Below are positions 33,401-39,059 of a stretch of 64,000 nucleotides of DNA, piece by piece. Numbering within the stretch: the stretch's first letter is position 1; every line of letters begins with the position of its first letter. Made by a program: the position numbers and the translations under genes. This DNA comes from a virus: the IMG/VR virus record IMGVR_UViG_3300042691_042551, positions 8,691 to 72,690 of that record; one strand, 5' to 3'. The notes beneath the pieces were generated by a model. The model did no database searches, was not told where the DNA came from, and saw only the letters and a list, made by a program, of their open reading frames with translations.

Positions 33401-33941
33401 CAGAGCTTTGGCCAAAATGATAAATGGTACTATGCCTGATAATATGTCACAACAAGAGAAGAACAAATACATAATACAGGCTACAAATGGTATTGCCATG
33501 ACCTCATTGATGGTTTACATACTTGCACAACCGGTAGATTCTGGGGATGATGATGAAGAAAAATACAGGAATTTATTTGAGAAAATTATGGTTCAGTATC
33601 TATTTTTAAGCCCAAAGAGTATTATACAAGCAGCTTCCCGTTCATTGCCGGCAATCGGTTGGATGGCCGATGTTTATTACAATGGATGGAAAATACTCTC
33701 ACAAAAAGAAGAATTATACCAAAAAAACTCAGGTAGAAACTCCAAAACCCAATATAAGAAAGGAGATAGCAAAAACGTAAGAGCTTTTGTCAAAACATTA
33801 CCAGGAAACGCGTTGTATGTAGATAAACTAAGTAATGAAATAAACGCTATGAGGAGACAATCAAGTAGCGGATCTGGCTTTGGTGATTTTGGAGGCGACT
33901 TCGGTGGAGATTTTGGAGGCGATTTTGGAGGTGGATTTTAA
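18483..33941 (+). CDS. Giant virion-packaged RNA polymerase polyprotein with zincin-like domain
   Basis: 5152 aa; DNDGD catalytic-type motif at 25836-25850 preceded by KIP (25716) and NDG motifs; HEAFH at 29976-29990; position matches crAss vRNAP. Confidence 0.82.
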   Translation: METGDPKKQKAQQVKQEVIENSPELQDALHGLNTAQKRKDDVLANKIDQVWKPIERSDKEIAEAYKRAPEPISPDEQEVELRNKESIAFLLKAKYGYKNDAVILSLAEKAMRYPEFKNKIISHKSLVQLQAEEDAAKYELNESMKKAQSGFNASLAASGETTEDFRLQDEQIVTARQKYDKAKSIKSAYEDAIRRDPAFVEKQKFDLMRSLIDVDMKYRQSIANNAIRKIGGPDKAIEVTEANSQYNYLLQEQQKAESLLQDPNYPAEKKPKLEKYLNEQLPILIKQKEDQLRKFGNVSEEVKKLEDASKTAIESYQTIKEVLNESPETLKSNKEIALRLMDRAKTIVTTGGVQELVIPDLGKSFGLSFAGTIVDMGEFFTGKTSVGDFIKREIGINEQITEKEWGGGKWMVNIASAAGATAPYLILGGIGGGARAATAKMLTARFATNIGGKIAKAGVNYLTNTLLSPATYGSLAGVYTNSFDQEFSNLILAGKSPEESYNIASKKATADAVVNVISEGIFDEASVIFKGSGVNQWIAKTGFGQFLQESNVLDAMSKGKYGMAQELGKRVFNSWASETLEEVVAMGGESYNKHMVNILAQQEIYKDILPTMHEVGVMLGSVLLTTGAMTMANRGKSIDIELAEMSKSGYDKAVRGFKTLVDTGVYSEEEVKPYMDKLQRYSNLSMAMARNALPEDIVKYDNLLNQQEELKKNMSNPSISLGEKNRLQFEINSIEAQKNELFQQAVVNSVEKEISDKIEAKNKSFIENNKKQVEKIKAESNQKGATKEEQAALNYLESTTNNVSEEAKKNGLLSSSITNVNSSIAQTEEQLQKEENLLKQLKQEKNERGVAAQEEKVAEVKNQLDNLNQVAVGLKSLQSAQEAKVGDGLAARGKSTTTGTVKPSSEVEKTIQEKNQAKPITKAEEATKMPEFQELLASYKTEGLTKEQVRQRLIDQFGDNMSGKEFSKLEQSLNNYDVAPAQTAKENAPQQPQGKQFAASPAATKTSNFYSKTNGNTIKVETQEDGTKQVVEIDQKTKKEVKRTSVPEAQSKKSDFEIASEITGQKLDKQFTGKTKKTAKKSDSEYVAEAKKTLGENVQESDIAEYVRKKIASGELDMKTAKRVSTALKNAFLDKKGKARQARGRKNQEEEAKAEEQRKKEVNDLIEQAESARETIRQANQLQEVFQEATQESVVQSDTHEAAVEAETAKTKANGIGSLSKKEIMLMNIKNITGKVFSGVMGFHKQAMVDGKFVEESYKRVQEMIYEQFKSLMMNKFDLDLTTYERNEEGYLLFDENDENVEALTEMNRVLSVFDPNVAEILLESIDDTAKVFGEKGANFHALIKHAISELGKSYGFPNYAAIEESVEDAEVLEHTAEILESGESILQEVIDKEMNSKAVKSAEAIAKLAHAVFLQKAKNANVNVSINPDYSLSFLMPLFKGVNGQSRTITDVLNYIQARLASENHPINDTQGRLLMESIGQVLYDLQNKMYEQTDGINELKQNPMTMTFIERSLSSIFNSQISDVYATYLSAKGKVSVYVANRDKIKKDVISQIRSEVRNFVQSIYAVSDLEGGQRRSRFIQAIAKVRMNIDNPESVLFAGDEVLLAMGNEYPYIKDILTRKLDAIRNTTVKSPTQVEEVGRYILMLSSPQAANLESNPMIEQMAFEQIANSEKIFGKISQSQYWSNRLSQNQSAVKRPNRMSSSISEAKAEALNNKKKPTEDAQKNDMDDSVNVVTNSKNRNFGSEGSDRKARLSKNPLVAIKSIAKNLSVTMLGEFSIEKGKTIALKAEKMSREMVHLAKIAMFYQTKNFGKYGYGVIDQVSDSPRIHMINGARIQLNGENKFVFAGDVKYPGSLIEDGSLLLDAVQTAVMKAKEMFPGITIKQMEQHIPSFYKIDGTGKVTYNPTALENEAFKSFNDYIKAKSKMYYDPKAGDSIAKTERAYKAILEATKELYYANDYKTGKENFEKKIAFIKNNRDMEVTKGMSDFAKNLIDNDQIVEWSKKKKGNFKNFFKEFVANEEFNRFYANQYVRGDLESYMNLDPDNVFVRSKMITAPGIGVNVDLPMRYMILDKNLYNGSDKIMLDVNGNQVPWVPNDGVMFLSEGAGNVITAGVGPHHGYRGTFKYAMHSVNDQNVATSHKGMQIVLTKKLAESNPALMSIYNMMKENNLDAVLDHSAEKIGAEKRTKAGWNESGVTLEEAPIVHTANFGDIYVQLSVSENQKGMWSKDSDQKNRQTPLYAGSSEQGIEYVNKIQNFIANRIKSGVFNSAQRSARFNKLMNNYRFSTEENKQEAKDELISYLKRKSKREPLSVREKYNQIISRIETGYVFEYDDGLLYQVHASTFREGMSNRMESFYMALTSPLLGKEQPKYRLEDRPGFSEVVLPAKMKELLSDYADNDGNYWVTGVKIPYNNSATQLRAKVIFDESLDDNGSNVIPPAEFYALSNSDNDGDRLFIFPMHPNPENIVSPLKEFGINIDENTTFDSLLSEYTTKSQEDDWNGPSFDYVSMLYEDYLAAKELEYNGKLFNDVAFAQQMAVQSNDVNVFLSVVESEGYKTKTKNTSSNEGQLQRVTEKNFSAGGIGTAASYIRSISQFIQLGMDYGLRVAMRSSRSKPYLFNFNNEVFDPAVMETVPTLNQKPINIRDIESQAVQKAIANNPDYANLTPDLQENLVSNERNKLLQELESLVEEESMLNTQNATSQILQVYVDAVKKGYLNKVGLNNQNMQVFIHLATRLGLNEKVPGQGIRMALRLVNQPIVKKYFELTEYNPMIQDQYSQRDYELIDKLKKNLAELVPNDMQNNINTLDVNLNALKNEYNGKHIQDTEYNTENQLIGDYALAQIEAIKALESLLDIQAAVSPYSLNSKKFSEVPTTIEEARTFIHEMEKYQALATDEEVKATLKKIENAQRTGKNANLVISEMLQNNGRYSSPMVFNVRNDADNYQRLVNSYEFLKQLNDKSGPLYEKEKGKYIEAGFSESAISDMLNNLAKIHTNMLLTGNMHVFENQEMFAKAEGYFMMMASIADSNTAYDSKNNKMVFDFMSRLFPRAGKMFHKLVGKFQEGYNRQILQEVLSQKVMLSENQKKDFSYAMSKILKVLFENKQYFSGNLFLNNLEIQTFEDKNILPIRVESDGSAVYIDKHYVLEDGIFKQANLVPINKLTDAIIFNDVLKTDPLRAFLDVILGNQILSENIMFDETRKRFVNKKTGYIYGSEKNTQASDVKDSERIFTAGTTSVPEYREALISLASDIFGTIRQSSLEGIENESTETMWNWAAMMYFDKNENQRLSPRYNTPQNEEITLSQNGRVTFSQEQLKDIANGISTLFDGLNNIRYNANGEAIGTIADAIRYELESNQIDEGFLSEDIISNPNAWLLYFSNNNTYPQVEKLLGILKADNEENHANIRSLINENFLGYDMISFAKNSIKTILNNPTLTQFYDQAMISQMKSDDPKAQSIAKRHEFFHTKLDNGQIVLYKRVQAGYTETKNFFGRFQKVPNYKYIAIGRYSSNGEVERSMFTNGRLESSVDGVLQLLTQEGVHNLDYDSAIKKISEIIYGSSSGSIDTVGFLADIQKKFETLKSEKFKKIRGYNHPEFFDMMISEFEQAVVKGIYDNKGDVFKDTKAQLLLQTIRAIRSVKQANDKLFVNNNFVIDNAEFTEITNAPIDSQNTREKARRATNRVWQRNAESQTLSAFDIARNIVETLKGNVSTTRSKSLFEYLEVKSKGNKGRRIAQSTSAGSGPKMFSNVNDMIDLFQAQLNGNPLLGSVAKFLKEQVGGIPVSVVDNQEFEALEQSIFGTTGTARAIYIPSQRQIVFNGDRSSLDAPELIIHEAFHAFTNAAINDPNNVDLRNDMVELRNVVFNSNYRLNTTNPMAVQTLNDIFADPNLDEFGQMEEIISEMFSDKTGQMQALLNNIRVGQGTLEQYKGENKTLFGKILDTISKYLAKMGIGKNTDSVRQVLENILTTYEDIMTYEKAMPQHVTSNIYEYNGRTFVNSNQLVNDNYGVNQNTMETIANDMGISIGRIIKMAEDLDTASDFLHQFVMDNVLGRNSNHNRTEAKRMMAGFNSNVVNNIPDDIMRLFDSKMNGWTIDEDLSQGSYFSTGMMVSGNNNIVSFNNQGDVKVTSIGASFKESDYSVYDTQSPILNAKAAHKQKLMMKAAIQGVFLEGQGYPVKKLEIIVAEANGVVGGAEAIEMTMDEARSIVRAYVIDKVADRMGAFEAMPISNEDFMKNPQNIYGNYYIDKALSALRDITDEDREALRQGFKKNTMVSLGNVDLEAQVSLYEQSYNNVKALLKSGSIENMTEKDMIELLGDIKHLERMSDDADVSGIKSILNGITDVILMQREGNTLKESIAISKASNVTDIAQWIPSITNSLQTLNLGVNTSEITDTIAHSIEENQNEAQDFQTKLRKAAIEAVKSRNVRFAKARATLNKYYLSDNPLEKAFQRLTVPYYGSVQTTRLKSLSEASVDLANGNITQAEYELLQLVNGFYQKNARYIYNNKGVNHGGLSSEGAAIFETPANDRQFFLPYYPSKVFERYKNKPKAFAALASYWHNFRNNSSELQNVKLDSYEFRDANGSLVRVFKNSTVREIMKEMEDLERKEGELRRIAFQRNPNAVLPQAKYSTEKAIKNLYDAAIKADKGKNAQNQSKQQQHTMTLPGMVRTKENVANGNMFSNLMNYSGEVYKAKALVESRGAYSILDILAANLNLNEIRNYIDWDERVRLLKQKYKEDKHEFIHQVARFASSMARYAQLAFKIPNAMFDFAATSLSAATAMDGITKEDKLAWAKYIGNASFVNYPFAVMKLVYNFHEIRDIALAFGLFNHRDYSTRKKSPLGLVKGAMLLNYWLSGNIPRLVFLADQLTLKDLKNIQNITQTNKTGEWLSFLTGQREKRDILKGLDKQTLTNVRRALDRTENELGKFRNSTERIYLSNGTISAFMQYKSWAPDLIWARFGGEYKTNGVTYMGRYRALAKMINGTMPDNMSQQEKNKYIIQATNGIAMTSLMVYILAQPVDSGDDDEEKYRNLFEKIMVQYLFLSPKSIIQAASRSLPAIGWMADVYYNGWKILSQKEELYQKNSGRNSKTQYKKGDSKNVRAFVKTLPGNALYVDKLSNEINAMRRQSSSGSGFGDFGGDFGGDFGGDFGGGF
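33876..33938 (+). repeat. Degenerate 12-bp tandem repeat encoding (GDFG)n at the RNAP C-terminus
   Basis: ggtgattttgga ggcgacttcggt ggagattttgga ggcgattttgga; protein GFGDFGGDFGGDFGGDFGGGF*. Confidence 0.9.
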
Positions 33942-33953
33942 ATAAGAAACAAT

Positions 33954-33961
33954 TAATTTTG
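33954..33961 (+). promoter_or_regulatory. TAnnTTTG -7 box (TAATTTTG)
   Basis: Intergenic, 11 nt before ATG 33973. Confidence 0.55.
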
Positions 33962-33972
33962 AAAGAAAAAAA

Positions 33973-34566
33973 ATGGCATTAGGAAAATTAGAATTATCAA
34001 TAGCTCAACCGACACTTGAAGAAATGCAATTTCGGGATACCACCCCAATAAATGATTTGGAAGGTTGGGCAATTCCACCAGCAACAGTTGGAACGGATAT
34101 TACTCTTTATGATGGCTATAAAATAGAGTTAGAGCATCATGAAGTAGGCCCTTTTGGTCAATTAATCTTTAATGAAGATTTAAAACCAAACATTTTTGAT
34201 CAGCCTAAGTCAATACTAATTGAAGATTGGCCGGATCCAGATGTATCTTCATTGGAAAAATATCCTGATGGCATTTACATTTTAAAGTACAACCCAAGAA
34301 TTGGTGGCGTTGATGCATTACCTCAACCGTTTCAAACAATATTGCTGGCTTGCCCGGCATGTATGATAGAATACGGAAAACTCCTGATTAAGTACAAAAA
34401 GCTTGAATATGGTTCTCAAAAAGAAAGACTAATGAACATCCTCAATAAGTTTCGAGTAGCTTTTGATGTGTGTCAAAATGAGGTGCTTTTAGACCAATAT
34501 ACCAGTTCATGTGAAAGTTATAAAACGCTAGTTAACATACTTGCAGAAGCAAAAGGAGAATACTAA
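33973..34566 (+). CDS. Putative tail hub protein A
   Basis: FRDTT..GW and PDGIY.LKY segments with a Cys-containing helical C-terminus, as in crAss tail hub proteins; precedes the fibre genes. Confidence 0.5.
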   Translation: MALGKLELSIAQPTLEEMQFRDTTPINDLEGWAIPPATVGTDITLYDGYKIELEHHEVGPFGQLIFNEDLKPNIFDQPKSILIEDWPDPDVSSLEKYPDGIYILKYNPRIGGVDALPQPFQTILLACPACMIEYGKLLIKYKKLEYGSQKERLMNILNKFRVAFDVCQNEVLLDQYTSSCESYKTLVNILAEAKGEY

Positions 34567-34820
34567 TGGCCTATTTAAGAACAGAAGCACAAAAAACATC
34601 AGCCTGGCAATCAATAATGCTGGGCTTTTCTGGTTTATACAATACCATTAAGTCGGCTAATGAAATGCAGGCAAACCATGATAACTATGAGGAGCACCTT
34701 ATACTTATTAGCCACCTTATGTTTTTTAGGGAGCGAGGGCTTGCATACTTTACTGAAGAACAAGAAAATGAAATGTTGGACTATTTTTTAGACGTAGCAA
34801 TTTATGGGGCAAATAATTAA
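34566..34820 (+). CDS. Putative tail hub protein B
   Basis: Small helical protein translationally coupled to the previous gene. Confidence 0.4.
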   Translation: MAYLRTEAQKTSAWQSIMLGFSGLYNTIKSANEMQANHDNYEEHLILISHLMFFRERGLAYFTEEQENEMLDYFLDVAIYGANN

Positions 34821-35961
34821 TAGTACATTCAAATTTGGTTTCCAATTAACCTCTATCAAGCTAGAACCAAAGATAGTAAGGGAACGTCAAGTATTGAGCA
34901 CTCGATTTGATGGGCTTAAGCTATTTGAATTTAACATAGGGTCTTACAGTACTACCGTTAACAACATATTAAGAAGAATTGGTGAAATCTGGTTTACTTC
35001 TGAAGATGTTGCAGATGATGATGAAAACATGGTATGCGATGGACGTTATTTGGATCCTATCGAATATCCTGAGCTTTTTGATATGATTGGTTACTCGTTT
35101 GGTCAAGACGGAGATTTGTACATGATACCGGATTTAAGAAAGCGATCACCAGTTGGTTCCGGTTCTGGTTGGCTAGTAGGTCAAAAACAAGGTTCGGCCC
35201 AACAAAACGTATCGCATAACCACAATGTAAGTGTTGAAATTAGTTCTCACGTAGCGGATATAACTGGGTTTGAAAATCTTTCATTTACCGTATCTGAAGA
35301 AGTATTTAGTTTTACGCAAGAATTAACTGGTAATTTAATCTTAAACGATGTTATACCATTAACATTAAACTATTCGCAAACAGGAACAGATTGGAATACT
35401 ATTGACAATGGGTATTACGAGCTAAACCCAAACATAACAGTTCAAATGGCTTTATCAACGCCATTAACTAGTCCAATAGATCAACACTCTGGAACATTAA
35501 CCGAATCACCGGCACACGCTCATGCAATTAATCCAAATTATACTCAAGTCAATCCACATGATGGTGGATCTTCAGTTGATGTAGTTACTTATCCTATGCC
35601 TGATACTGATATTTATGCAGTTGTATTAGATGCATCCGCTATTAACAATCACAGCGATATATCAATAGATGCAGAACACAATCATACTGTTTTAGTAGAC
35701 ACAATCATTATTGATGCTACTCATACGCACACTGGAACTGCCAGTGGTGATTTAGTCCTTGACTATTCAATACCACAAAATTTTGGAAGCATTGACTTAT
35801 ATTACTCTCATAATCACACAATTAATGTAACAGAAACCGGAACCGGTTTAAGTTCGGATATTGAAAATCATACAGCTATAGCTATTGCGGAAGCTGAAGA
35901 TTTGTTAGTAAATTTGTACCACCCCGTAACAGTATTTAAAGCCTTAATAAGATACAAATGA
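34804..35961 (+). CDS. Tail fibre with tail-collar domain and HxH metal-binding needle
   Basis: IGEI...CDGRYL...YPELFDMIG...IPDLRKRSPVG collar signature; SHNH, AHAH, EHNH, THTH and SHNH motifs. Confidence 0.8.
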   Translation: MGQIINSTFKFGFQLTSIKLEPKIVRERQVLSTRFDGLKLFEFNIGSYSTTVNNILRRIGEIWFTSEDVADDDENMVCDGRYLDPIEYPELFDMIGYSFGQDGDLYMIPDLRKRSPVGSGSGWLVGQKQGSAQQNVSHNHNVSVEISSHVADITGFENLSFTVSEEVFSFTQELTGNLILNDVIPLTLNYSQTGTDWNTIDNGYYELNPNITVQMALSTPLTSPIDQHSGTLTESPAHAHAINPNYTQVNPHDGGSSVDVVTYPMPDTDIYAVVLDASAINNHSDISIDAEHNHTVLVDTIIIDATHTHTGTASGDLVLDYSIPQNFGSIDLYYSHNHTINVTETGTGLSSDIENHTAIAIAEAEDLLVNLYHPVTVFKALIRYK

Positions 35962-36200
35962 AAGAACCAGAAGTATTTGTAAATCATTTTTTTGTAAGCT
36001 TTTATTATGAAAAGATGATATTGGGTTTTATTAAAGTTTGTCGCTTTGGTAACGAATACATAGCTATTACTTCTCCAGCCGAAATAAAAATTATTGATCG
36101 AATACGGCTTAACGAGTTTGAAAAGAAACTTTCTAAACCGTACAAGAATGCAAAAATTGTTTCCTGGAATCACATCATATCAACGAAAAAAGCAAAATGA
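35958..36200 (+). CDS. Hypothetical protein
   Basis: 80-aa ORF with ATGA overlaps at both ends. Confidence 0.55.
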   Translation: MKEPEVFVNHFFVSFYYEKMILGFIKVCRFGNEYIAITSPAEIKIIDRIRLNEFEKKLSKPYKNAKIVSWNHIISTKKAK

Positions 36201-36553
36201 CAAAAGACTTTGATTTTATATTGGAAAACAAAATAATAGAAGGTACAACACTGGAGCCTTTGGTCATAGATTATTTTGAAAATAACCTACCGGTTTCGGT
36301 TGCTGCTGTAGAAAATATTGAATTTGTGTTTTCTAGGGAGCAAGGCGTTATTGAATCTTCTCTGTACATGAGCAAGCAAAATAACACTGTAACTCTTCCG
36401 GGAACACCTACAAACCGTTTTCAAAGCACTCAAAAACTGGCAAATGCAAAACCCGGTAAATACCTAATAACCATATACATTAAATTTAGTAGTATAAAAG
36501 CAGAAGCCTTAAGGGGTTACATGGAAATAATACCAAGAAGTAAAAACACATGA
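36197..36553 (+). CDS. Ig-like/BppU-like fibre attachment protein
   Basis: Beta-rich, GKYLITI..G.MEI pattern; directly precedes a fibre gene. Confidence 0.4.
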   Translation: MTKDFDFILENKIIEGTTLEPLVIDYFENNLPVSVAAVENIEFVFSREQGVIESSLYMSKQNNTVTLPGTPTNRFQSTQKLANAKPGKYLITIYIKFSSIKAEALRGYMEIIPRSKNT

Positions 36554-38886
36554 CAATTCAAGTAAACATAACCAAAACCGAAAAGCTCATTAATGCCAAT
36601 GTTTATAAAGGTATTCCGGGCAAGTCAGCTTATGAAATAGCTGTTGATAATGGTTTTGTTGGAACTGAAGCCGATTGGCTTAACTACATTGCATCTGATC
36701 CAATATTTAGCGCGTCACCCGCGTTTGCTATAACCAATACCCAAATATCAAATTGGAATACAGCTTTTTCTTGGGGAAACCATGCATCAGTAGGCTATTT
36801 AACTTCAGAATCAGATCCAATATATACAGCTTCAAGTTGGTATGGAACTACAAACAATAGTTCTAATTGGGATACTGCTTATGGCTGGGGAGATCATTCG
36901 TTGTACAATTATTTGACTTCAACAGGAAGTTATGCAGACCCAATATGGTTAACTTCATTAGACTGGAGTAAAATTATCAATGCACCGGCTTTTATAACGG
37001 GTAATCAAACTATAACCTTATCCGGAGCCATAACAGGAAGCGGAACAACAGCAATAACTACAGATATTACTAATGCGGCAGTAACGTATGCTAAAATACA
37101 GAATGTAGCAGCTAATTCGTTTCTTGCCAATATTACAGCAAGTGCAGCATCGGTTCAGGCTATAGCAACGAATAGAATACCCTTGTTTTCGTCAGCTATA
37201 ACTGGCACACCTTCAGCAACTACATTTTTAAGAGGTGATGGTACGTGGGCTACTCCTGCTGGCGGTGGTGGAAGTTCGTGGTTAATAGGTGGTAATACAT
37301 TAACAGGCACATCTAAATTTGGTTCAACATCTAACCATACTATTGAGTTTATTGTCAATAATCAAAACAGGTTAATAATAAACCCCACAACTTCAACTCA
37401 ATTAATTGATGGTTTAAAAATAACTAACGCAAATACAGGTTTTTTTGGACTTGTAATTGAAGGAGCCCAGGCGGGAGCATTTATAAATCCAAGAGACGGT
37501 GGTTGGCATACGTTAGTAATGAGAGCCGATGTAGACGGTAGGGGTTTTTTAATTTTAGAAAATGCAGGTTCTGCAACTAATTTTTCTGTAAAAGGCTTAG
37601 ATATAACTGTACAATCAAATACCAACAACATTCAATCATACGATGATGTAAGTATAGGAACTACAAGGCCGTTTAATATAAATCCATTAGGTGGTTATGT
37701 AGGAATAAATCTTGGTAATACCGTTATACCCGCTGCTCAATTAGAAATAAGAGGTTCTGGCAATACAGATTCTACTTCAGCATTAATTGTTAAAAACGAT
37801 AGCAACACCGAAACGTTAAGGGTTTATGATGATGGCCACGTTCAAGTAGGTTATGCCGGAGTTGAACCGTCAGCTATTTTTGCGGCAAATTCAACCACAA
37901 GAGGCTTTCTATTTCCTCGACTATACGGTACGGATGCCGAATCTATATCTTTTCCGGCTGACGGTTTAACTGTATATGTCACTCTCGGAAATGGTGCAAC
38001 CATAAATAGTACAGGTTGGTGGGGTTATGATGGATCTACAAGTTCTTGGGTTAAGATTAATGGTGGAGGTAGTGGAAGTTCTATAACCTTGCAAACAAAT
38101 GGTACAAATAATGGAAATCAAACTTTATTAAACTTACAGGGCGCAGGAATTACTATTACGGATGATACTACAGGAAATATAAGTTTTTCACCTGACCCGT
38201 ATAGTATAATTTTAAACAATGGAAATACTATAGGCCAAACAGTAACTTTAGGAACCCTGGACGCACACTCTGTAGATATTATTGCAAATAATTTTGCTGT
38301 AGTTCGAGTCATTCCGGACTTAATTCTGAATGAATACATTGTAAGTATTAAGGGTTCTTTATGGATTGAACAACAGGCAGGCGCAACAACCGAAAAATTT
38401 TTAAACATAGAATCTACTACCGGAGCTCTTATTGAAGGATACGGTGGAACTCAAAACATAGTTTCTATTGGTAGTTTTGTTACTACAAATGCTGAAGATT
38501 GTGCGGCATTTATCATAGAATCTACCGATAGAGGCTTTTTAATGAGTCGAATGTCAGGTACAAGCATTGAAGCCATAAGCAACCCAATAGGAGGTTTAAC
38601 TGTTTATTGCAATAACGGAAACGGCACTACTGTCAATACTACTGGATGGTGGGGTTATAACGGAACAACTTGGGAAAAAATAAACGCTGCTGGCGGAGGG
38701 GGAACAACAACTAATTCTATCTCATTTGATAATACAGGCTTAGGTGATGTTTCGGGAACTTCATTTGACGGTTCGGCAGCAAAAACAATAAGCTACAATA
38801 CAATCGGAGCTAACAAAGAAATAACTTCTGGAACAGCGGCACCAACCGGTGGTTCAGATGGTGATATATATATTCAGTATGTTTAA
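36550..38886 (+). CDS. Tail fibre protein with internal repeats
   Basis: GKSAYEIAV..GFVGTE, SDPI..SNW.TA..WG.H repeats, duplicated ST.RGFL..R...GWWGY.G module, TAAPTGGSDGDIYIQY terminus. Confidence 0.8.
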   Translation: MTIQVNITKTEKLINANVYKGIPGKSAYEIAVDNGFVGTEADWLNYIASDPIFSASPAFAITNTQISNWNTAFSWGNHASVGYLTSESDPIYTASSWYGTTNNSSNWDTAYGWGDHSLYNYLTSTGSYADPIWLTSLDWSKIINAPAFITGNQTITLSGAITGSGTTAITTDITNAAVTYAKIQNVAANSFLANITASAASVQAIATNRIPLFSSAITGTPSATTFLRGDGTWATPAGGGGSSWLIGGNTLTGTSKFGSTSNHTIEFIVNNQNRLIINPTTSTQLIDGLKITNANTGFFGLVIEGAQAGAFINPRDGGWHTLVMRADVDGRGFLILENAGSATNFSVKGLDITVQSNTNNIQSYDDVSIGTTRPFNINPLGGYVGINLGNTVIPAAQLEIRGSGNTDSTSALIVKNDSNTETLRVYDDGHVQVGYAGVEPSAIFAANSTTRGFLFPRLYGTDAESISFPADGLTVYVTLGNGATINSTGWWGYDGSTSSWVKINGGGSGSSITLQTNGTNNGNQTLLNLQGAGITITDDTTGNISFSPDPYSIILNNGNTIGQTVTLGTLDAHSVDIIANNFAVVRVIPDLILNEYIVSIKGSLWIEQQAGATTEKFLNIESTTGALIEGYGGTQNIVSIGSFVTTNAEDCAAFIIESTDRGFLMSRMSGTSIEAISNPIGGLTVYCNNGNGTTVNTTGWWGYNGTTWEKINAAGGGGTTTNSISFDNTGLGDVSGTSFDGSAAKTISYNTIGANKEITSGTAAPTGGSDGDIYIQYV

Positions 38887-38891
38887 TAAAA

Positions 38892-39059
38892 ATGAATGTT
38901 GAAATAATTAAAAATGAAGAGGTCAAGGAAAACCCAAATTATATAACTTGCGAGCAAGGCGAGTTTAACGAAACAGAATTTGTACTATGTAAAGAAAAAA
39001 CGGAGTCTAGAGATAATACAGTAATGTTTTTGGCTTCACAAATTAAAGATAACACATGA
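38892..39059 (+). CDS. Small 55-aa protein missing from the ORF track
   Basis: MNVEIIKNEEVKENPNYITC...QIKDNT*; fills the gap and its stop overlaps the next start (ATGA). Confidence 0.6.
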   Translation: MNVEIIKNEEVKENPNYITCEQGEFNETEFVLCKEKTESRDNTVMFLASQIKDNT

